Part shown: positions 8,995-17,489 of the stretch, piece by piece
Layout of the letters: the number at the start of each line of letters is the position of its first letter
How positions within the stretch are numbered: the stretch's first letter is position 1
Assembly: GCA_036001425.1 (NCBI GenBank)
Contig: DASYUI010000035.1
Coordinates: 1,756 to 65,755 of the forward strand
DNA from: Actinomycetota bacterium
Lineage (GTDB): Bacteria; Actinomycetota; UBA4738; CALAEC01
DNA: 64,000 nucleotides
Direction: 5' to 3'
Translations under genes and position numbers: made by a program
The notes under the pieces: generated by a model
Seen by the model: the letters and a program-made list of their open reading frames with translations, nothing else
The model's database searches: none
Told to the model about the DNA's origin: nothing

Positions 8995-11098
8995 AGCGGA
9001 ACTCGATCTCCGTCAGCGACAGCGCGTTCCCTGCCTGTCCCTCGTAGACGGAATCGATCCGGATATCGATCCTCTTGGTCCCGGCGCCCGAAACCTCCAC
9101 GGGCTGGGGTGCCTTCGTGTCTCCGAGCGTCTCCTTCTCGGTCGCAACGACCCGTCCCCTCGCGTTGATGAACCTCATGGTGATCTCGGCGGGCCGCGGC
9201 TGCTTCGCGAAGCTCTGAGGCGTCTCCTGGTTGCCGGTGGTGAAGATCATCTGGGCGATGTCAACGGGTTCGTTGAAGAGGATCGAGATCCTCTCGCCGG
9301 TTCCGTCACCCGGACCCGATTCCGCCCAGTGGGTGTTGTTCCCATCGTCGATCAAGAGGCTGGCGGGATGTCCTTTCTGCCCCGGGGCCTCTGCGCGGAG
9401 GGCATGGACGGGATTGAAGTCCGGGAAGGCACGAATCTTCACCGCGCAGTACGCACCCTGGACCCCGGAAAGGATCGCCCCTCGCGCGCTCGGGATGACC
9501 ATGCCGCCCGCCAGGCCCAGCAAGGCCAGGACGGCGACGAGCATCCGCAGCTTCCCGAGCATGCCCAGGATCTGCCGGAAGCCGCGCCTCGCGGTCTTGC
9601 CCTTCTGGCCGGCCTTGGCTCGGCCCCGCCGGGTACCGGCCGCCATGGGCTTACGCCCGAAGATCCGCTTATACCAGGGGACCTTCTTGGCGACCTCGGC
9701 CGCCAGCAGCGTGTTCGCGCACCGCCGGCAGAACTTCCGATCGCGGTCGTTGACCTCACCGCACTGGCCGCAGATGAGGTCGCCCGGCTTGGGCTGCCGG
9801 GTCGGCTCCATCTTCACCTGTTGCCTGGCGCGCTTTTCCCTTTGCGCGGCGGGCTTCTGGGCCCCAGGTGTCCGGGCCGCCACGTCCGGGGTGGGAGCCG
9901 TGGGGGGCTTGGCCACGAGCGCCGCCGCCCGATCCGTCCGCTCCTGCTCCTCGGCCTCGGCCAGGAGGCGCCGGGCCTCCTCGTCCTCGCGATGCCGCTG
10001 TGCCTCTTCTTCGGCGCGCTTCCTGGCCTCGGCTTCGGCGCGCTTCCTGGCCTCGGCTTCCTTGCGGGCCTTGGCCACGGCCTCCGCACTGGCCACCATG
10101 GATGCCGCCTGGGAGCGCCGCCGCTCCTCCTCGGAAGCCGCCTGGGTGCGCCGCTGCTCCTCCTCGGAGGCCGCCTGGGAGCGCCGCTGCTCCTCCTCGC
10201 GGGCCTTGCGCTCGGCCTCCTCACGCTGCTTGGCCTCGAACTCCTGGCGGGCCTTGGCCTCCGCTTCTTGCCGCTGCTTGGCCGCCTCCTCCTCACGGAC
10301 CTTGCTCTCGGCCTCCTCACGGGCGTTACGCTCCGCCTCCTCACGAGACCTGCGCTCCGCCTCATCACGCTGGCGGCGGGCCTCCTCCTCGGTGAGCCTG
10401 CGCTCCGCCTGCTCGCGCTCCCTGGCCTCGGCCTCCTCACGGGACTTGCGGTCGGCCTCCTCACGGGACTTGCGGTCGGCCTCCTCCCGGGCCTTGCGCT
10501 CGGCCTCCTCGCGCTCCCGAGTGACCTCGGGGGTCTCGACCTCCGGAACGACCACGGCCAGCTCGGGCTCCGCGGTCTTCACCGACGTGTCCTCAGCGGA
10601 CGCGGCCGGGGCCTCCCCCGTGGACGCCGCGGCCGGCATGGGCCGGGTCACGTCCCGCCGGGGAGGCTCGATCCGTGGCGACCCCGCCGGTTGCGACGGG
10701 CTCACTGTGGGTGCTGTGCCGGAAGCACCCTGCCGTTCCGCGGCCGTGTCCGGTGGCCCGGTTCCTGTCGGGGCAGCCGGTTCGGCATCAACCACAGGGG
10801 TCTCAGGAGCACCCTCGCCGGCGCCGCTCTCCGCGGCGGGCTGCTCAGTGGGCGGAGCCTGCGGAGTCGTTCCGGTCTGTCCGTCGGGCTGGTCTTCGTC
10901 GCCGATCCCCAGGGTGGACTTCACGCGATCCATGAACCCCGCCTTTTCGGGCTCGGGTTCGGGCTGGGATTCGGGCTCGGGTCCGGGCTCCTGCTCCTCG
11001 GTCAGCCTCTCTCCGGCCCACTCGAGAAACGTTCCGCACGAGCCGCAGAACGCGTCGTCGTCCTCGTTCTGGTAGCCGCAGTTCTTACAGATGATCAT
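8981..11098 (-). CDS. zinc-ribbon / charged coiled-coil / zinc-ribbon / TM / discoidin-like (galactose-binding-like) membrane protein; last gene of the CIS operon
   Basis: N-terminal 'CKNCGYQNEDDDAFCGSCG'. About 200 aa of E/R/K/A repeats ('EAERKAREEADRKSREEA'). Second ribbon 'CGQCGEVNDRDRKFCRRC', a basic stretch, then TM 'LRMLVAVLALLGLAGGMVIP'. C-terminal 'LLIDDGNNTHWAE...ISILFNEPVDIAQMIFTTGN...IDIRIDSVYEG...LSLTEIEF' looks like F5/8-type-C. Its ATG overlaps the stop of the gpI-like gene (ATGA at 11095-11098). Confidence 0.85.
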   Translation of the reverse strand: MIICKNCGYQNEDDDAFCGSCGTFLEWAGERLTEEQEPGPEPESQPEPEPEKAGFMDRVKSTLGIGDEDQPDGQTGTTPQAPPTEQPAAESGAGEGAPETPVVDAEPAAPTGTGPPDTAAERQGASGTAPTVSPSQPAGSPRIEPPRRDVTRPMPAAASTGEAPAASAEDTSVKTAEPELAVVVPEVETPEVTREREEAERKAREEADRKSREEADRKSREEAEAREREQAERRLTEEEARRQRDEAERRSREEAERNAREEAESKVREEEAAKQRQEAEAKARQEFEAKQREEAERKAREEEQRRSQAASEEEQRRTQAASEEERRRSQAASMVASAEAVAKARKEAEARKRAEAEARKRAEEEAQRHREDEEARRLLAEAEEQERTDRAAALVAKPPTAPTPDVAARTPGAQKPAAQREKRARQQVKMEPTRQPKPGDLICGQCGEVNDRDRKFCRRCANTLLAAEVAKKVPWYKRIFGRKPMAAGTRRGRAKAGQKGKTARRGFRQILGMLGKLRMLVAVLALLGLAGGMVIPSARGAILSGVQGAYCAVKIRAFPDFNPVHALRAEAPGQKGHPASLLIDDGNNTHWAESGPGDGTGERISILFNEPVDIAQMIFTTGNQETPQSFAKQPRPAEITMRFINARGRVVATEKETLGDTKAPQPVEVSGAGTKRIDIRIDSVYEGQAGNALSLTEIEFRSKSC

Positions 11099-11871
11099 TC
11101 AGCGGGCACCTCACCTTCTCCGTTCGGAGTTTCCTGATCCAAGTTCCCCGGGGCGACGGTCTCGGTCTTCGGGCTCTCGCCTGCCTCGGGCTCTGGCTCG
11201 GGCTTGGCGGGGGGAAGCTCGACGCCCGTCGGGGTCTCCCCCGTCTCTGGCTCGGGCTTCGCGGGGGCAACCTGGCCGGCCTTCGGCGCCTCCGGTTCCC
11301 CACCCTTCGGCCCTGGCTTTGCAGGTTCGCGCCCCGGACCGACCAGCTCGATCTGATGCAGCACGTGGGCCGGCTTCGCCGCTCGGATGATGGCGTCGAG
11401 CCGGTCGACATCCACTGCCGAGCGATCGGGCACCCTGAGCCGGATCGTGAACCTCGGCTCGGGCTCACCCGGTACCCTTCCGTTCGGGGTGGGCGACCAC
11501 TCCACCCCGCCGGTGTCGACGATCTCCGGCTCCACCCCCGCGTACAGGGCAACCAGGGCGGAGACTCCCTTCACCGTCCCTCGCCACCGGTACAGCTCCA
11601 CGGCCTCGGCCACGAAGGTTCGCTGCCGCTCGAGGGGCCAGTTCTCGTCGAGCACCACGCCCACCCACCCGGCGAGCCACTCGAGGAAGTCTGTCGGGGT
11701 CAGCTTCGGATCCAGGTACGCGACCAGATTGTCCAGCGTCGATGGAAGGGGAGCCAGTACCGAGTCGAGTGCGGACGTGAACCGCTGGGTGAAATCGTCC
11801 TCCTGGTAGACGGCCGGGAGCGCCACCCCGATCGGGTGAGGGTTCGGAAGTTCCTCGATGATCCCTCGCAC
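11095..11871 (-). CDS. short phage-tail-protein-I-like baseplate protein (Afp12 N-domain-like) with P/E-rich tail
   Basis: 'LPAVYQEDDFTQRFTSALDSVLAPL...FLEWLAGWVGVVLDENWPLERQRTFVAEAVELYRWRGTVKG' is P2 gpI-like. The tail is 'AKPEPETGE...PAKPEPEPEAGE'. GTG 11871 has AAGGAG 9 nt upstream. GTG 11940 and TTG 11973 are alternative starts. Confidence 0.8.
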   Translation of the reverse strand: MRGIIEELPNPHPIGVALPAVYQEDDFTQRFTSALDSVLAPLPSTLDNLVAYLDPKLTPTDFLEWLAGWVGVVLDENWPLERQRTFVAEAVELYRWRGTVKGVSALVALYAGVEPEIVDTGGVEWSPTPNGRVPGEPEPRFTIRLRVPDRSAVDVDRLDAIIRAAKPAHVLHQIELVGPGREPAKPGPKGGEPEAPKAGQVAPAKPEPETGETPTGVELPPAKPEPEPEAGESPKTETVAPGNLDQETPNGEGEVPAE

Positions 11872-11956
11872 GGCCCCGCGCTCCTTGCTCAGCTCCCAGG
11901 TCCAGGGGGCGATGTTACCCCGCCCTGGAACACCCGTCACTCCCCAATTTTGCTGG

Positions 11957-13906
11957 TTACATCCCCTCCACAAGTACCTGATGCTCGTACGAGAACACCA
12001 GGGCGTGCGGCTCCAGCTCGATCCGAGGCATGGCCTTCCCGCGCTCGCCGGTGATGGGGTCCGCCGAGAACAAGCGAGCGTCCTCGACGAGCTCCACCCC
12101 CTTGAGGCGCTGGAGAACGGAGTAGACCTCCCCCGCCTGGACGGGCCGGCCGAACGGCCATCCCTTGCCCTCCGGCCCTCCCTTGATCGGATGGAAGTAC
12201 CGGTACAGGGCCCCGATCGCTGCCTCTTGCAGCCGCCTCGGGCTAGTCCGCGACCGGGCTCGGAGCCGGGCCACCACCGTGATCCCCTGGTACACCGGAG
12301 GCTCCACGATGACTCGGGCCCCGATGATCCGCCGCTCGTCGAGGGACTCCGCCATCCGCTGGAGTGTCTCGTCGGCCGGGACCAGTTGCTCGAACCGTAG
12401 CCTGCCCACCTCGTCGTCGGCGGCCGCCGGAACGACCAGGATGCGGACGCCTCCGGCCTCGGCGCCGTCTCCGGCAGCCACGCAGCGCACCCGAGCCACC
12501 TCGGGAGCGGACTGACGCGCCAGCTCCTCGTAATCCTCTGCCGTCACCGCCCGGTTGCGGGTCCGGAACACGATCGGGCCTCGCGCCTTAGCGTTCTCGA
12601 TGTCCTCCCCCTCGACTCCCCCGCCGGCCGGATAACGGTTCTCCACCCGAGAGATGTATGGGATCGTCGTCTTCAGCACGGAGATCTCCCCCCGGGCGAC
12701 GTTGCCCCTGGAGCCGCCACCGGTTCGGTACGTCCGGATCCGGAGCGGTGAGGCCGTGGGCGGAACCGCCCCGAATTGGCGCAAGGTGCCTTCGGGCTCC
12801 CGGACGGCAGGCCCGAGGATCACTTCGCCCGTCACCTCGTCGAGGATGAAGTGACGGTCCTCCGGGCCGCTGTCCGCGAAGTTCTCGACCTGCGTCCATT
12901 CCTGCCATCCCTCTCCGCTTCCGGACTCCAGAACCACGGCTCCGTCCCCGCGGACGACGGGCCGGTGCTTGAGCGTGAACCGTTGCCCCGGGACTCCCTC
13001 GGAGAGGCCGATGATTTCGCCCTCGACGACTTCCGCGTTCAACGCCTCGGTCGTCCCGCCGATCGTGAAGGCCGAGAGGTTCCTGATCTTGGGCGAGGCG
13101 CTGTAGAAGGGCTGCTCCTCTTCGGGCTCGAGCACTCGGCAGCGCAGCCACCCCGCCCGCTGCCGGTCGATCACGGATGCCACATGGGTTCGGGGAACGT
13201 GAAGAACGACGTCCCCCGCCTTGTTCAGCCCTCCGGTATCGTCGTGGTCGACCTCACAGGGAACCCACTGCTCCCCGTCCCACGCCTCCCACACCATCGG
13301 GGGGTTCGTCGGGTCTACGCCGACGCCCTCGACCTCGCAGACGAACCGCAGCGACACGGCGCAGGACGGAACCGGGTTCGAGAGTCCCACCAGCATGACG
13401 TCCCCCGGTTTCGGCGGGTTGGTGAAACAGTAGAACTCCTGGCCCTTGAGGAGCGCATCGGTGTGGTCCCTGATCTCGTTCTCCTCGATGGAAGAAGCCA
13501 GGCGTTCCAGCGAGCACGACACGATGGGCAAGTCCGATATCGTCGTAAAGGTGACGGGCTCCTCCCCGGTGGTCCTTTCCGTTGCCACCTGAGTGCCCGA
13601 GGAGACCTGCAGCGTGGTCTCATGCGCGCCCGAGAGCCAGAAGGTCACCTCAGACCGAGCCGCGTTCGGAGGGAACAGGCGGACCCCGATGAGCTCCAGG
13701 AACTTCACGTAGTTGCGGTCGGGTACACGGTTCACCCGGTAGATAAGCTGCTCGGTCATCCAGGCAAACGTCTCGATCAGCGTCACTCCGGGGTCGGACA
13801 CGTTGTGGTCCGTCCACTCGGGGCATCGCTGCTGGACCATCCGCTTGGCGTCGTCCACCAGCTCCTGAAACCGCCGATCGTCAAGGTTGGGTACGGGAAG
13901 GGCCAT
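11957..13906 (-). CDS. baseplate J-like protein (Afp11 / gp6-like)
   Basis: 'MALPVPNLDDRRFQELVDDAKRMVQQRCPEWTDHNVSDPGVTLIETFAWM' is the typical N-terminus of putative baseplate assembly proteins. Length is 649 aa, and it sits after gp25. Confidence 0.9.
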   Translation of the reverse strand: MALPVPNLDDRRFQELVDDAKRMVQQRCPEWTDHNVSDPGVTLIETFAWMTEQLIYRVNRVPDRNYVKFLELIGVRLFPPNAARSEVTFWLSGAHETTLQVSSGTQVATERTTGEEPVTFTTISDLPIVSCSLERLASSIEENEIRDHTDALLKGQEFYCFTNPPKPGDVMLVGLSNPVPSCAVSLRFVCEVEGVGVDPTNPPMVWEAWDGEQWVPCEVDHDDTGGLNKAGDVVLHVPRTHVASVIDRQRAGWLRCRVLEPEEEQPFYSASPKIRNLSAFTIGGTTEALNAEVVEGEIIGLSEGVPGQRFTLKHRPVVRGDGAVVLESGSGEGWQEWTQVENFADSGPEDRHFILDEVTGEVILGPAVREPEGTLRQFGAVPPTASPLRIRTYRTGGGSRGNVARGEISVLKTTIPYISRVENRYPAGGGVEGEDIENAKARGPIVFRTRNRAVTAEDYEELARQSAPEVARVRCVAAGDGAEAGGVRILVVPAAADDEVGRLRFEQLVPADETLQRMAESLDERRIIGARVIVEPPVYQGITVVARLRARSRTSPRRLQEAAIGALYRYFHPIKGGPEGKGWPFGRPVQAGEVYSVLQRLKGVELVEDARLFSADPITGERGKAMPRIELEPHALVFSYEHQVLVEGM

Positions 13907-13909
13907 CGC

Positions 13910-14359
13910 TCACTCCTCGCTCATCGAATCCACTTGCGCCGCCAGCTCCTGGGGTGTGGGTTGTTCTTCCTCGGGGGGGATCACGTAGAAGGGAAAGACC
14001 AGGTTTCTCGGGTCGTTCGTCGCCTTAATCGTGTATCGGATGTCGATGTACAGGAGAGATGGATCCTCTGTATCGAACAGGACCTCCACCGCGTCGACGT
14101 CGACACGTGGCTCCCACATCGTCAGAGCTCGACGGACCTCGAACTCGATCTCTCCTGCGGTCGCGGCTTCTGCCGAGGCGAAGATGAAGTCGTGGATCCG
14201 GCATCCGAAGGTGGGCCTCATCGGCCGTTCCCCCGGTGAGGTCATCAGGACGAGCTTGATGGCTTCCTCGATCTCCCGGTCCCGCGAAACCAGGGCGATG
14301 CTGCCCGTGGCGTCGGTGCGCAGCGGGAAGGCCCAGCCCTTGCCGACGAACTCCTCCAT
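13910..14359 (-). CDS. GPW/gp25 baseplate wedge protein (Afp9-like)
   Basis: 'GKGWAFPLRTDATGSIALVSRDREIEEAIKLVLMTSPGERPMRPTFGCRIHDFIF' is the gp25 lysozyme-like fold signature. Confidence 0.9.
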   Translation of the reverse strand: MEEFVGKGWAFPLRTDATGSIALVSRDREIEEAIKLVLMTSPGERPMRPTFGCRIHDFIFASAEAATAGEIEFEVRRALTMWEPRVDVDAVEVLFDTEDPSLLYIDIRYTIKATNDPRNLVFPFYVIPPEEEQPTPQELAAQVDSMSEE

Positions 14360-14375
14360 CCCCTTTTCTCCCTCG

Positions 14376-16160
14376 CTAGTTCAGCTTGATGACCGAGCCC
14401 TTCGCCTCGAGCACGCCCGAGGACTCGATCTTCACCATGGCCCCCTTGAGCTCCAGGTTGCCCGTAGCCTCGAACTTGACGTTCGTATCACCCTTCACCG
14501 TGATGTCCTGCGTCCCGTGGATGGTGATCTTGCCGCCGCTCTCGATCTCGATCTGCGTCTTGCCTTGATCGAGCTTCAGCATGTACTTCTTGTCTCCCGT
14601 GCTGAGCTCGACGTACTCGTCGCCGCTCTTGTCCGAGAAGATGAGCCTATGCTTGAGCCCCGAGATGAACCCTCTCCAGTTCATCTTTCCGGAGCTGTCG
14701 GGCGCCTCGAAGGGTCCAGGGTCGGCCTTGTCCACACCGTTGTAGAGCCCCCCCAGCACGTATGGGAACCGAGGGTTGCCCATGTTGAACGCCACCAGGA
14801 CCTCGTCGTCCTTCTCCGGAAGGATGACGGTTCCTCGGTCCGCCCCCGCACCGGCCTGGACCACCCGCGCCCAGTGGGAAGCGTACGCAGTGTCGCCGTC
14901 GGAGACCCAGGGGAACTTCACCTTGACCCGCCCTAGCTTGTCCGGGTCCTGAACGTCGGTGACCACTCCGATGACCACACCGTTGATCGGGGGGCCGCTG
15001 TCGAGGGTGATGTTCTCGGCCCCATTAGACAGGAGCCCATAGATCGTTCGGTCCTGGGATCCGGTCAGCATCAGGTGCGTCCGCCATCCCTGGCCATCGA
15101 ACACGTGTCGGGTGCTCCCCACGGTCCACTGCCCGACGAACTCCTTGCTGACGCCCTCGACCGAGACCGCTTCCCCCGCTCGGACCGCCATCCCGTCGAT
15201 GGTGGCCTCCGCCTCGGCGTAAGTGCTCCCGATTTGGGCCGCGAGGGTCTTGGCGAGGGCGTCCACCTCGCCTTGATCGTCATAAGGGGTGGGCTGGAGG
15301 TAAGTGGCGGATCCGAACTTTCCGGCCAGGGAGGCCGCGTCCTCCCCAAGGCCGCTCAACACGGCGTTGTTCCCCGCAATCGGCTCCTCGTTGGACTCCA
15401 GCATCTTCTTCTGGCTCGGGTCCCACCCCCTGGCCTGGGCCTTCTCGTGCTGGGGGGCGGTCACCCGAGGGACGAACGACCGTAGGTTCTGCCCGAAGAT
15501 CAGCTTCCGGCGTTCCGGCGGTCCGTCCGTCGCCCCTCCACCCGGCTCGGGAGCCTCGCTGGCCTCCGCGCGCTCCTGGAACACGAGCTGAGGCATACCG
15601 TTGGAAACGATCCGCAGCTCTCGATCGTGGGCCCGGGCTTTCGGTCCCAGGAACTCGGCCCCGGTCTGATTGAATCGGGGAACAGGGTCCTTGTATGTGA
15701 AGTCGTCGACCGTCCCGACGGTCAGCTCCGCTTCTCCCGCCACCGCCTGGACGAGACTCGCGTCGGTCGCCTGGTTGTACATCTCCGTCTTGCGTCCCCG
15801 GTGCAACCGGTGAAAGAAATCGTGGCCCCGAACGGCGATGTGCCTACCTCTTCCGGCTTCATAGGCGCCCTCGATCGCCGTGACCTCTCCGATGATGAGC
15901 AGCTCGACCTCGTTCGCTCCCAGCGGGATGCCTGAGATCTTGATCTCTGTCCCGATCGTGAGACCGGCGGCCTCGAGAAGGGACCCCCCGGGTGTGGCTC
16001 CCTCCTGGTTCCTGTACAGATCGCTGAACCGGATCGTGAAGGTATCCGGGAGCGACAGGTGGTCCTCGACCACGGTCATGTCCAGGAGCTCCACAAACTC
16101 ATCGCCCAGGAGCTGGCCGTCGATCTCGATGACCGGTTTGGTACCAAAATGCTCGTACAT
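14376..16160 (-). CDS. VgrG / phage late-control-D-like spike protein (Afp8-like)
   Basis: OB-fold segment 'GVVIGVVTDVQDPDKLGRVKVKFPWVSD...HWARVVQAGAGADRGTVILPEKDDEVLVAFNMGNPRFPYVLGGLYNG'. C-terminal beta-helix 'ITIHGTQDITVKGDTNVKFEATGNLELKGAMVKIES'. Confidence 0.9.
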   Translation of the reverse strand: MYEHFGTKPVIEIDGQLLGDEFVELLDMTVVEDHLSLPDTFTIRFSDLYRNQEGATPGGSLLEAAGLTIGTEIKISGIPLGANEVELLIIGEVTAIEGAYEAGRGRHIAVRGHDFFHRLHRGRKTEMYNQATDASLVQAVAGEAELTVGTVDDFTYKDPVPRFNQTGAEFLGPKARAHDRELRIVSNGMPQLVFQERAEASEAPEPGGGATDGPPERRKLIFGQNLRSFVPRVTAPQHEKAQARGWDPSQKKMLESNEEPIAGNNAVLSGLGEDAASLAGKFGSATYLQPTPYDDQGEVDALAKTLAAQIGSTYAEAEATIDGMAVRAGEAVSVEGVSKEFVGQWTVGSTRHVFDGQGWRTHLMLTGSQDRTIYGLLSNGAENITLDSGPPINGVVIGVVTDVQDPDKLGRVKVKFPWVSDGDTAYASHWARVVQAGAGADRGTVILPEKDDEVLVAFNMGNPRFPYVLGGLYNGVDKADPGPFEAPDSSGKMNWRGFISGLKHRLIFSDKSGDEYVELSTGDKKYMLKLDQGKTQIEIESGGKITIHGTQDITVKGDTNVKFEATGNLELKGAMVKIESSGVLEAKGSVIKLN

Positions 16161-16168
16161 CCGGCCTC

Positions 16169-16996
16169 CTAGGAAAGCCCGTCCACGTCACTCCGCGGCG
16201 GGATCAAGAGCCTCGCGCCGACGCCGACTCGCAATGGGTCATCGATCCCGTTGAAGTCGGCAAGGCCTCGCCAGAACTTCGGGTGCCCGTATGTCTGGAA
16301 CGCGATCGAGTGGAGCGTCTCTCCCTCTGTGACCAGTCGCGTGCGCCACCCGGGGGCGCCACGAGACGTCGGGTTGGTCGGAGGTGGTGGTGCGCCGCCC
16401 ACTCTCTGCAGTTCGATGGTAGCCTCGGCCCGCACGGGGGTCCCGTTCTTCCGGAACATCGTGTACGTGACGTTCGCCGACGTCAGGATGAAATGCCCAA
16501 AGATCGCCTTGCCCCACCGGAACTCGATCCAGGGTTGCTGCGCCGCCTCTGACGAAAGGAACTTCTCCACCGGCAGCGTCCAGCTGAGGAGCATATCCAC
16601 GGCGGGGGTCACGCTGGCCGCCAGCGCCTCCCACTCGTCGAAGAGGAGTTTCATGGAGAGGGTTTGGGCCTGGGGCCCCCGGTAGTCCGGGACGGGGTGG
16701 CCCGTCGTTGTATCGGGGTTCGGTTTCGCCTCCACCTTGGCGCTCTGCTTGATCGACAGCTCCGTCGGGTTGAATTTGCACACCAGCTTGCCGAGGGTCG
16801 CGATTCCGGGCTTGCTCATTAGTCCCCCCGCCCCGAACAGGAAGCTGCTTGGAGCGGCCGCCAGGCTGCTGCCGATACTGCTGACCAAGCCACCCAGGGA
16901 GAAACCGCCAGCGGCTGCCACGACGTCCTTGGGGTGGTGGGCGGTAAAAGTCGCCTTCTCAGTCTTCAGCGGATTCGAGACCGCCGACAGTCCCAT
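16169..16996 (-). CDS. LysM-domain tube-initiator-like protein (Afp7-like)
   Basis: C-terminal LysM 'ETLHSIAFQTYGHPKFWRGLADFNGIDDPLRVGVGARLLIPP'. The ATG at 16996 shares its A with the TGA of the upstream tube gene (TGATG). GTG 17005 is an alternative start. Confidence 0.85.
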   Translation of the reverse strand: MGLSAVSNPLKTEKATFTAHHPKDVVAAAGGFSLGGLVSSIGSSLAAAPSSFLFGAGGLMSKPGIATLGKLVCKFNPTELSIKQSAKVEAKPNPDTTTGHPVPDYRGPQAQTLSMKLLFDEWEALAASVTPAVDMLLSWTLPVEKFLSSEAAQQPWIEFRWGKAIFGHFILTSANVTYTMFRKNGTPVRAEATIELQRVGGAPPPPTNPTSRGAPGWRTRLVTEGETLHSIAFQTYGHPKFWRGLADFNGIDDPLRVGVGARLLIPPRSDVDGLS

Positions 16997-17469
16997 CACA
17001 CCCACCCCTTTGCGGTCTTCGCGCCCGCGGCTACGCCACCGACGCCGCCCAACTCACCCATGAACCCGTTGTGCATCAGCTCGAGCGTCTCCTTGGCGAC
17101 CTGGTTGCCGTCCGAGGTGAGCGACGGACCCGTGTACTTGCTCGGGTAGACGCCCTCCAGGTTCCATTGAGCGATCCGCTCGCCGTTGCCGTCGTAGACG
17201 CTGATCGAGGCCGTTTGCCGCTTCACCGTGACCGCCAGGCTGGAGAACCAGGCGGAGAGCACCGCGGACTCACCATCGATCGCGCGGGTCAGCTTGATAG
17301 GGGTGTACTTCATCCGCCCCGGCAGCTTGTGGACGAACCCGTTCTCCCCGCCTTCCTCGTAGTCCTTGACCGCGTATTCCGCGCCGATGCCATCGCACGA
17401 GGTGAACGTCCCCAGCATCACGCCGTCGATCCTGACCTCGAACCGGAGAGACACCGCGGTATCGGCCAT
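16996..17469 (-). CDS. second tail-tube-family protein (Afp5-like)
   Basis: 'VSLRFEVRIDGVMLGTFTSCDGIGAEYAVKDYEEGGENGFVHKLPGRMKYTPIKLTRA' is the T4 gp19-like tube pattern and is paralogous to 20122..20571. Confidence 0.85.
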   Translation of the reverse strand: MADTAVSLRFEVRIDGVMLGTFTSCDGIGAEYAVKDYEEGGENGFVHKLPGRMKYTPIKLTRAIDGESAVLSAWFSSLAVTVKRQTASISVYDGNGERIAQWNLEGVYPSKYTGPSLTSDGNQVAKETLELMHNGFMGELGGVGGVAAGAKTAKGWV

Positions 17470-17489
17470 CGTTGCTTACACCTCCTTCG

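Noticed and set aside
9990-10520. Possible CRISPR-like or minisatellite array
   Set aside because: The repeats are contiguous with no unique spacers, are in-frame, and lie inside a coding region. Likewise, the RTX periodicity is protein-repeat driven. No CRISPR array exists in the window.
8813-11137. 774-aa plus-strand ORF (and 614-aa ORF 9231..11075) covering the whole zinc-ribbon membrane gene
   Set aside because: It is antisense to a gene with clear domains. The translation is Leu/Gly/Arg/Pro low-complexity sequence ('LGLLTGLAVGLLTGL...'). This is typical of off-frame reading of GC-rich repeats.
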